Of a stretch of DNA of 32,000 bases, positions 24,234-31,998 are shown piece after piece. Made by a program: the position numbers and the translations under genes. The notes under the pieces were generated by a model. That model did no database searches. It was given only the letters and a program-made list of their open reading frames with translations, and was not told the origin of the DNA. How positions within the stretch are numbered: position 1 is the first letter of the stretch; each line of letters opens with the position of its first letter. This DNA is from Okeania sp. (GTDB lineage Bacteria; Cyanobacteriota; Cyanobacteriia; Cyanobacteriales; Microcoleaceae): positions 1 through 32,000 of the forward strand of contig NZ_JAYKGW010000151.1 in the NCBI RefSeq assembly GCF_035285525.1, given 5' to 3'.

Positions 24234-26768
24234 CTAGCTACTAAGATTCCCCCAATTCCCTACAGCGGACCTTTAGCATCTTATAAAATTGATGAAGAAA
24301 CTAAAAGGAAAATATTTAAACAAGAAGACGGAAATTACAATATTTATAGGTACAGAAATCCCACAGAAATGTCATATATTTGGCAGGGATTAAACCAACT
24401 ATAAACCCTCGATGAAAACCATCCCTATTGCCAAAAAGAAATTAATTGGGAGACTGCTGATAAATACTTTAATTTAACCTCTAAATCTCAGTTTATGGAA
24501 TTAAGAAAATTGAGCGATCGCCAAAAACAATATCTAGAAAGTGCCGGATTATCCGTAGCTAATTTGGAGTTAATAGGTCTATATCGTAGAGGATTAGAGC
24601 AGCTTTTTATGCGGGGGGGGGGGGAGGGTAATAATAGTAATAATACTTGTTTAACTTTATCTCACAAAACGACGAGAAACGTAGAAAATTCAAGAGTATG
24701 GCATGGGGTAGATCCTGCAATTAATTTTCAGCAAACTATAGTAAAAACTGGTTATATCTATATTATTTGCCCCAGTACGGGTAAGATTCTCAAGTCAGAT
24801 AAATCTCAAATTTGTCTCGGCACAATTAATTTTGGGAAACACAAGTTTAATAATTCTGCAATATTTTATCGCTTTGTTGGTGAGGAGATATTGTATTTAA
24901 TTGTTTCGGAAGCTCAGGGCGATAAAGGTTACATTTACTTTCCCAGATTAGATTGAGTTATTAAGTTAAAAAATAGCGGTTATTGTGTAATTAACTTAGA
25001 TAGAATCAATCGCTTTAAAGCTGACACCATAACTAACTGGAAAGCAGTAAAATCCTATATTTCAAATAACATTAAAACTGAAGTAGTAGCTATTTTAAGG
25101 AATTGCTTATGCAAATTTAGGTCATTATTTGTGGAACGAAATAACCGGAATCCAATTTTTATATGAAAATGAAACTTTAGACAAAATAGATAAATTTTTG
25201 CTTGGCAAATACAGCGATACTTTTAACGTCGGCGATATCTTTCCAGAAATTTCATCAGATAAGTTAGTGCCCGTTTTAGAAAAGCAAAATATCTGCAAAT
25301 TGATGTTAGAAAATAATTACTTAGCAGTCAGAGTTACCGATGCTCATTTTCAAGAGAAATTAGCCAATCGAATCTACGATAATGCCCTGAAAAAATGTTC
25401 CGAAAATTTTGTAGAAAAAGTAGAAAAAGCCAAAAAACATTTCCCTCTTTTATGGATTAATTTGCGCGGTCACGATAAGGCATGGAGTTCTCGTGTAGAA
25501 GGATATGCCAACATCATTAATTCTCTTTATCGTGATTATCCAAATATGGCGATTATATTTGATGGATTTCCTGACGAAAAAACTACTATGGAGAAAATAT
25601 TAGCTTTAATTCCTAACAAAATTACTACCTATAACGCCCTCCATTGTCCTCTTTATGAAACCATTATTTGGGCAAATTCTATACATTATTATATAGCCTT
25701 TATTAGCGCCGGATTAACTTTAGTAGCGTGGTTAGCTAATAAACCAGGAGTAGCACATTGTAATTTCGGGCACACTAGCGATCAAGCACCTTGGTGGGGA
25801 GAAGTTCGAGAAAATGGCATCAAACCAATGTTTGTGCCAGCAGATTGTATTGCCGATTTAGATGACGAACATGGTCCTGGTTATTGCGACTACGATTTTG
25901 ATTGGCAGTTGATTTACGATCGCCTAATTAAAATACACCAAAAATATTACCCGAAACAACTCCCTAATTCTTGGTATAAAGGAGAAATAACTGCTCAAAA
26001 ATACTTGGCAGCAAAACCGGGTAAGAAAATCAAGATCGAAGTAATAGTCAAGAATTTAAGTAACGTTACTTGGTCAGGAAAAGATTTTAACTGGATACGT
26101 TGTGGCAATCACTGGTTGGATGAAAATGGAAAACTTTTGCAAAATGATGATGGTAGAGTCTTGTTGCAAGAAGATTTGAAACCCCAAGAAGAAATTGAAT
26201 TAACTTTGACTATAACCACACCCAAAACCGAGGGAAATTATATATTAAACTAGACTTAGTTCAAGAAGGGGTGACTTGGTTCAAAAACAAAGGTTTTCCC
26301 ACTTCCAAAGTCGAGGTGCAAGTTAAAGCTGATTCGCTCTCAGAACCCAACATTAAATCAGAGCAGTTGATTGAAAAACCTCTGCTTATTACAGAAAGAA
26401 CTCTGAAAGTTCTAAAAAATGGTAGTTATAAGGATTGCTTGAAACTAGGAGAGACTTTAAAGAAAGAAGGGAAGCTAGATGAAGCTTTTACTGCTTTAGA
26501 AGAGGCGATCGCTCTTCATCCTAATTATTCCTGGTCTTATAATTCTTTGGGGAAAGTTTTGGAGAAACTCGGAAAACTAGACAAAGCAGCGATCGCTTAC
26601 CGTCAAGCTATCAAACTTAAACCTAAGTTTCCTTGGTATCACTATAACTTAGGACAAGTCTTAGAAAAGCAAGGTAAATTAGAAGAGGCAAAAACTATTT
26701 ACCGTATAGCGCAGGAGCTTTACCCAAATTTATCTTTATTCCAGAATATTAATTTAACTAAGAAATAA
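24234..26768 (+). pseudogene. Large multi-lesion gene: unknown N-region, GT-like central region, Ig/NBR1-like module and C-terminal TPR
   Basis: Reading frames connect across TAA 24399-24401, TGA 24954-24956, a frameshift near 25096 (EVVAIL / GIAYANLGHYLWNEITGI) and a frameshift near 26245. At the last one, GNYIL-N* should read GNYILKLDLVQEGVTWFKNKG, which continues into ORF 26271-26768. The C-terminal TPR units (AWSYNSLGKVLEKLGKLDKA..., PWYHYNLGQVLEKQGKLEEA) are homologous to those of 21691-22038. Confidence 0.6.
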
Positions 26769-26789
26769 CCTAAAATCAAACTCACACAA

Positions 26790-26826
26790 AGAAACCCGGT
26801 TTCTAGAGTAGAAAAACCGGGTTTCT
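26790..26826. terminator. GAAACCCGGTTTC-family hairpin after the TPR-ending gene
   Basis: AGAAACCCGGTTTC (26790-26803) pairs with GAAAAACCGGGTTTCT (26811-26826). The stem is about 12 bp with a 7-nt loop, and it lies 22 nt after the stop at 26768. No clean U-tract follows. Confidence 0.35.
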
Positions 26827-26858
26827 TAAGTTTGTCTGCGTCAGTCCTGATTCTAAAT

Positions 26859-27016
26859 CTTACAGCAATGCATCAGGATGGTGAGGTACAGTTGCAGATT
26901 AATCTCTATCCACTGTAACACAGCCTTCGTTTGCTGTTACAACCTGGAAGGTTGTGTTACCACTCATTACTAAATAAAATTTTGTACCTCACACGCGGGC
27001 GTGAAATTGCTGTAAA
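26859..27016. mobile_element. Family F MITE-like element (158 bp)
   Basis: CTTACAGCAATG (26859-) and ATTGCTGTAA (-27015) are terminal inverted repeats. The subterminal pair is GAGGTACA / TGTACCTC. Internal nested hairpins are CTGTAACACAGCC...GGTTGTGTTACC. The element ends 3 nt from the stop codon of the 27019 gene. Confidence 0.65.
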
Positions 27017-27018
27017 TA

Positions 27019-27237
27019 CTATTCTATAGTAATAGACTGAGGACCTTCACTTTTGCTATTATCTGCTCCTGTGGTAGAACCATTAGTAGGAGTATAACCA
27101 GTCTGCTGATTAAGCCAAGTTTTCACAGGATCATCATTAAGATTTAGTCGCAGTATACCAGAGAAAAAGCCTCCGAAAAAGGCTGCTGGTTGTTCAATCA
27201 ATTCTTTTACAACTGGAGTTAATTCATCTAAAAACAT
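27019..27237 (-). CDS. Small hypothetical protein (72 aa) with hydrophobic/amphipathic N-region
   Basis: ATG at 27237 (the ORF opens one codon earlier at TTG) with AAGGA ~9 nt upstream. The sequence is MFLDELTPVVKELIEQPAAFFGGFFSGILRL... No family recognised. Confidence 0.5.
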   Translation of the reverse strand: MFLDELTPVVKELIEQPAAFFGGFFSGILRLNLNDDPVKTWLNQQTGYTPTNGSTTGADNSKSEGPQSITIE

Positions 27238-27358
27238 CAAACTTTTCCTTTTGCTAATACTATCTTTCTCAGCAGATAAAATTATTCACTGATATTCTAA
27301 CGCAGTAAATATCCAAGTATCATCAATTTATCAATGGTCAAAGTCACTCAAATATTAC

Positions 27359-27386
27359 TTTTGAATTTTGAATTTTGAATTTTGAC
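27359..27386. repeat. Heptamer tandem repeat TTTTGAA x ~3.5 (STRR-like)
   Basis: TTTGAATTTTGAATTTTGAATTTTGAC lies between the HEAT gene stop (27406) and the small-protein gene start. Confidence 0.8.
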
Positions 27387-27405
27387 TTAAGCGTAGCGCC
27401 ATAAA

Positions 27406-28074
27406 CTAACTGTTCAGAGCTAACTTGGCTTCCTGAGCTACCTGCTCAACTTCATCCTTAGTCAATTCTGTTATTATTTGTTTTGCTTCTGAACTTCCTA
27501 ACCTATGTAAAGCTTGTACCAGTCTATAACGCATTTGCCAATCACTATGAACAGCAAAAGGCTTTAGTAAAGGAATAGCTTCTAAATTTCCTAGTTCCCC
27601 CAAAGCACTAATGGCCATAGTCTGTATTAATTCATTATCTGATTTCAGAGCATCTTGCAGTAAAAAGAATGCTTTTGGTTCCCCCATTTCTCCGATTGCT
27701 GCAACTATACTAACTTTCACTAACCATTCTGGTGTATTCTTGTATAGTTCTTCTAAGTCATCAAAAGCTTGGGTAATTTTTAATGCTCCTAAAGCATCTG
27801 CTGCTGCTGCTTGGACATCAAATTCAGGATCATTGAGGAGACAATCACGCAATATTTCTGCGGACATTGTTAAATTTTGCTCTCCCAAACTTGACATTTG
27901 GCTCACAGCAGCGTATCTTACGCGAGTATTCTTGTCCTTAATTGGAGTTTGGATTAATTCAAAAGCGATCGCTGGTTCTATTTGCCGTAACTGATTAACT
28001 CCGCGCAAGCGATCGCCTAATTCTTCAGATATTAATAGTTGTTGAATCAAATCTGGTGTAACAGTAGTTTCCAT
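27406..28074 (-). CDS. HEAT-repeat protein (PBS-lyase HEAT-like, CpcE/NblB family)
   Basis: There are five or six repeats of the type .VR..A...LG: VRYAAVSQMSSLG, VQAAAADALGAL, VSIVAAIGEMG, IQTMAISALGELG, MRYRLVQALHRLG. The ORF opens at TTG 28104. I prefer ATG 28074 (METTVTPD...). Confidence 0.78.
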   Translation of the reverse strand: METTVTPDLIQQLLISEELGDRLRGVNQLRQIEPAIAFELIQTPIKDKNTRVRYAAVSQMSSLGEQNLTMSAEILRDCLLNDPEFDVQAAAADALGALKITQAFDDLEELYKNTPEWLVKVSIVAAIGEMGEPKAFFLLQDALKSDNELIQTMAISALGELGNLEAIPLLKPFAVHSDWQMRYRLVQALHRLGSSEAKQIITELTKDEVEQVAQEAKLALNS

Positions 28075-28126
28075 AAGTTCTGTTCTTTTAATTTTTTGTA
28101 GCAACTCAGTATGAGGCTTAATGTTT

Positions 28127-28186
28127 AGGACTTACGCAGAAATGGCGTTGATCAACCGAGTTTATTGGTTGCTTTGCCTAAGTCCT
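28127..28186. repeat. Family A MITE-like element, short variant
   Basis: AGGACTTACGCA (28127-28138) and TGCCTAAGTCCT (28175-28186, one mismatch) bound a 36-nt interior with its own stem (GTTGATCAACCGAG.../...GGTTGC). It lies 53 nt upstream of ATG 28074. Confidence 0.65.
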
Positions 28187-28586
28187 GATCTTATTATAAA
28201 TTTCCGAATAATAAAAAATAGGTAAGCATTTCCTGTGGAATGCTGCGCAAACATCCACCAGCTTTCAGCCATTAGCTTTAGAGGATAAACTTAATAAATA
28301 ATATCAAATCCAATAGTATTGGTACGATTCAATATCGTAGAGGTTTTGTCTCCCAACCTTGCCAATATAGGAGTTTTTGCCAATATTCATTTTATTCTCC
28401 AAAGGTGGATTTGATATTAATAGCTCATAGCTGTTTTCGGCCTTTGAGCCAATATGAAACACTGCGCGACATGAAAAAGAAACTCCTCTCTTGGCGAAGC
28501 ATTTCGCAGAAAAAGAGGCTAACTAATAGCTGAATGCTTACAAAAATAGAATCAATTATTCCAGAAAAATTATCAATTCTTTTTCC

Positions 28587-29069
28587 TTACTCACCACTCT
28601 CTTTTTCTAGCTCAGTTGCGATAGCTCTAATAATGTCACCACTGGTTAATATACCAATCACTTCATCATTTTCATTTACCACTGGCAACCGATGAATACT
28701 ACGCTCGTGCATCAGTTTAGCTGCCACTGAAAGTGATTGATCTGGTGCAGTAGTGATCGGATTTTTAGTCATTACATCCTTAACAGTTTCTCCTAAAGCT
28801 TTATGAACTTCTTTCTCATAACGAGCTGGATTTTCTAGGAAAATAACACTATCTAAAAGCATAATGTAAAGTGGGGGTGTGACTCCACTTGCTTGCCACA
28901 TTAAATCTGTTTCTGATACGATACCAATTAACTTTCCCTTTTCATTGACTACAGGAAGACCACTAATATGTTGCTTTGCCAAAATTTTAATTGCTTCTTT
29001 CAAAGGCATTTCTGGTTTGGCAGTAATTAGATTGCCAGTCATAACATCTGATACTATTTTGTTGGTCAT
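28587..29069 (-). CDS. CBS-pair domain protein
   Basis: Two CBS modules: VSDVMTGNLITAKPEMPLKEAIKILAKQHISGLPVVNEKGKLIGIVSETDL and VKDVMTKNPITTAPDQSLSVAAKLMHERSIHRLPVVNENDEVIGILTSGDI. ATG at 29069 with GAGGT upstream. Confidence 0.88.
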   Translation of the reverse strand: MTNKIVSDVMTGNLITAKPEMPLKEAIKILAKQHISGLPVVNEKGKLIGIVSETDLMWQASGVTPPLYIMLLDSVIFLENPARYEKEVHKALGETVKDVMTKNPITTAPDQSLSVAAKLMHERSIHRLPVVNENDEVIGILTSGDIIRAIATELEKESGE

Positions 29070-29320
29070 ATTTACCTCTACGATTTTTTTCTGGTTAGAT
29101 TATGGTAGACATATATAGCAATCCTAAATCATTTGTAAAAAAAACTATAGGAGTTTAGTCTTCAAATCCTAATTTTTGCTTGGGTTGGGAGACCAGGGTT
29201 GGGATACCAAACCCCTACTATCAAATATCTCCAAAAATCAAATCAAATCCGATCCAGAAATTATCAATTATTTATCCCTGTTCCTTAATTCTTTTTTCCC
29301 TCTTTTCTGGAAATAACTTA

Positions 29321-29650
29321 ATGTCAACATCTAAAGGCCAAAAATCAGAAAATCACCCTGGCGATCGCCATGTATTTGTTTGCCAAAATCAATCTTGTCT
29401 GCGCCACAATTCTCAAGAAGTCCTCAATACCTTTAAAGCTGAGACCGAAAATTTGGCCAATGTCCATATTGAGGCTAGTGGTTGTCTCGGCCAATGTAGC
29501 ACTGGCCCTACAGTACGAGTTATGCCAGATGAAATTTGGTATTGCCGAGTCCAACCTAATAATGTGTCACTAATAGTCAGACAACATCTCCAAGGCAATC
29601 AACCTGTAGATGATATGCTCCACCCCAGAATTCATCCTCGCTTCTACTGA
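29321..29650 (+). CDS. Thioredoxin-like [2Fe-2S] ferredoxin
   Basis: The Cys pattern is C-x4-C (CQNQSC) then C-x3-C (CLGQC), followed by GP.V.V.P. The ORF opens at 29180 (TTG) inside a repeat element. ATG 29321 (MSTSKGQ...) is the credible start. Confidence 0.78.
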   Translation: MSTSKGQKSENHPGDRHVFVCQNQSCLRHNSQEVLNTFKAETENLANVHIEASGCLGQCSTGPTVRVMPDEIWYCRVQPNNVSLIVRQHLQGNQPVDDMLHPRIHPRFY

Positions 29651-29664
29651 TTTTGGACTTGCTT

Positions 29665-29715
29665 AGAAACCGGGTTTATTTTCAGCCAGAAATCAGAGCG
29701 AGAGACCCGGTTTCT
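29665..29715. terminator. GAAACCGGGTTT / ACCCGGTTTC hairpin between convergent genes
   Basis: AGAAACCGGGT (29665-) pairs with ACCCGGTTTCT (-29715) across a ~25-nt loop. It lies between the stop at 29650 (+) and the stop at 29721 (-). TGGTTTT follows on the + strand. Confidence 0.35.
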
Positions 29716-29720
29716 TGGTT

Positions 29721-30629
29721 TTAAACCCTTTTAACTACCGAGAAAAGCCATTCTTGAATCAACTGATTAACCTGTTCAGGAACTTCGTCATGGGGACAAT
29801 GACCTGCTTTGATGAAATATTCTGTTAATTGGGGATAATATTTCCGAAACTGGGCACTTCTAGTTTTGGCGTTCATCCAAGGGTCAGCTTCTCCCCAGAG
29901 CATAAGTAAGGGACAATCTAACTTACTCAATAATTCATCTACTTTTTGGCCAGATGGTCTCTTGAAAACAGAAGCAAACACTTTAGCCGCTCCAGGGTCG
30001 CAAGAAGGTCGATATATATCTTCTATTAATTGATCTGTAATGGCGCTTTGATCTAAGTAAACTTTCTGTAAAATTTTTCTAATATTGCTCCGCCGTCGCG
30101 TCCATTGAAATAATAAAAAACTAGGTAAATCTTGCAAAAATAACCACTTCATGCTATTAGAAATAAGTTTTCTCCATAAAGGAGGCTGAGAAATAGGCTG
30201 AGATTCAGTAAATGGTCCCGCACTGTTAATCAGTATTAAACCTGCTACAGAGATTGGATATTGAGCTGCTACACATAATCCTGTATAGCCTCCAAGAGAA
30301 TTTCCCCCTATCACTACTGGTCTACCAATAACTTCAGTAATAAAGTCATTTATCTGTTCTTGCCATAGTTGACCACTATATTGCCAGTTTGGTTTACCTG
30401 AACGTCCAAATCCTAGTAAGTCAACAGCAAAAACCTGAAAAAACTGGCTTAGACCTGCAATGTTTTTGCGCCAATGATCTGTTGATCCTCCAAAGCCATG
30501 TATTAATAGCAAAGGTGGATTTCCCTGATCAGACTCACCTACACATAAGTAGTAGATTTGCTGATCCCGCCATTGCCAATAACTACCAGGTACTGTAGCT
30601 GTCGTAAGCACTGATTTAGTTAACATCAT
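29721..30629 (-). CDS. Alpha/beta-fold hydrolase
   Basis: The oxyanion HGFGGS motif is in LLLIHGFGGSTDHWRKN. The nucleophile elbow is GNSLGG. D and H lie late in the sequence (WGEADPW; AGHCPHDE). The protein is 302 aa with ATG at 30629. Confidence 0.85.
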   Translation of the reverse strand: MMLTKSVLTTATVPGSYWQWRDQQIYYLCVGESDQGNPPLLLIHGFGGSTDHWRKNIAGLSQFFQVFAVDLLGFGRSGKPNWQYSGQLWQEQINDFITEVIGRPVVIGGNSLGGYTGLCVAAQYPISVAGLILINSAGPFTESQPISQPPLWRKLISNSMKWLFLQDLPSFLLFQWTRRRSNIRKILQKVYLDQSAITDQLIEDIYRPSCDPGAAKVFASVFKRPSGQKVDELLSKLDCPLLMLWGEADPWMNAKTRSAQFRKYYPQLTEYFIKAGHCPHDEVPEQVNQLIQEWLFSVVKRV

Positions 30630-31358
30630 GTTAAAAAATGTAAATATTTATTAAGTTAAATTTAATGTAACATCAAAAATCAATTGGGAGCAGGTGATAT
30701 TAGTCACAGAAGATTTATTCTCAATGATCCCAATCAGAATATAGGAATCAAAAAAATCTTTGCTTTTTGATTAAAACCAAATTAATTTTAGATATAGCAA
30801 TTGACATTAGAGAGCTTGAACCGTCTACAACATCCAGTCAATAATTTCACTTTTGACGTCAGCTACAAGAGAAAACTATAGAGGGTTTGGGAAAATTTCT
30901 TAATAGCATAAAATTATTATTATACTAACTAAATGAATAAATAAGCTACTTTAAAAATAAAAGGTTAATTATATATTTTTTTATACTACTATAGTAGTAC
31001 GCATCCAAGTCCAAAGATATAGATATTAGATTATTTTCCAGAAATTTTGAAGGAATTTGCATTAATTCTATTTAGGTACTTTATTTTTATTAAGAGTTTT
31101 GATATGATAGGAAATATGAGAACAGCAATGCTCATACAAAAGCTTTTTCAGTAGTAATGCATTGTAATGGTTGTTCATAGTAATTATTTTGATTATATAA
31201 AAGATGGTGGTAAAAAATTCTACTTTCATAATCAAGTATTAATTGTTTATATCCACCATTACTATGTATAACTTCTGAAAGTTTAGAGAAGATTCACAAC
31301 TATTGATAAAAGTAGTTGTTAACTATGCCCAATACAATCAGGCTAGGGAGTTTTTTAA

Positions 31359-31844
31359 GTGGTTGCTATATCATTACGTCCACGTCAAATAAGTCAAAAT
31401 TGGGTGACTATTAGCTTCGCTTCTACCCTCTATTTGTGTCCGATCCTTGATCTGCTCCTAGCAGATGTTCCTAAGATCTGGCATCCGGAATTACGACTAG
31501 GATTACAAGAGGCGCTAGTAAATGCAACAAAGCATGGGAACAATTTAGACCCTAATAAAAGAGTTTTCGTTCGTTTTTCAATTATCAAAGACTACTACTG
31601 GTGGGTGATCTCAGACCAAGGTCCAGGTTTTGAACCTCCTTATAGAGCTAACCAAAATCAACAACAAGTTACAAATGATGACTCAGAACAATATACTTGT
31701 TGTTGTGACGATGAAAGTGACTGTGGTCGAGGAATATTTATTATTTACCAAGTTTTTGATTATATTGAATGGAATTCCAAGGGTACAGAGTTAACCTTAT
31801 GCAAAAATGTTAGGAATAACTCTAGATTGCCCTTGATCAGATAA
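31359..31844 (+). CDS. Anti-sigma regulatory factor / HATPase_c Ser-protein kinase (RsbW-like)
   Basis: The N-box is LQEALVNATKHGN, the G1 box is VISDQGPGF and the G2-like segment is CGRGIFII. The start is GTG at 31359, so start-codon choice is uncertain. Confidence 0.72.
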   Translation: MVAISLRPRQISQNWVTISFASTLYLCPILDLLLADVPKIWHPELRLGLQEALVNATKHGNNLDPNKRVFVRFSIIKDYYWWVISDQGPGFEPPYRANQNQQQVTNDDSEQYTCCCDDESDCGRGIFIIYQVFDYIEWNSKGTELTLCKNVRNNSRLPLIR

Positions 31845-31860
31845 TTAACTAAATTGAAAG

Positions 31861-31998
31861 CTAATTTTTCTGAGAACCATGAGTTGGACATGGAGGTGCT
31901 GAGATGGATCGATCTAACCATCTAATGGCTTGGTTGAGGCGAGCGATCGCTTCAGTCGGTTGACCCTGAATCAGAAAAACCACAGCAGCTATAGTTAG
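31861..31998 (-). CDS. 3' end of a gene running off the window (45 codons; TPR-like tail)
   Basis: The minus-strand frame reads ...LTIAAVVFLIQGQPTEAIARLNQAIRWLDRSISAPPCPTHGSQKN* with the stop at 31861-31863. It contains a HIP1 site. Only a fragment is visible. Confidence 0.3.
   Translation of the reverse strand, partial: LTIAAVVFLIQGQPTEAIARLNQAIRWLDRSISAPPCPTHGSQKN

Noticed and set aside
29180-29320. N-terminal 47-codon extension of the ferredoxin ORF (TTG start at 29180)
   Set aside because: The extension is translated from a GGGTTGG/CCAAACCCC repeat element and uses a non-ATG start. ATG 29321 gives a normal-length thioredoxin-like ferredoxin.
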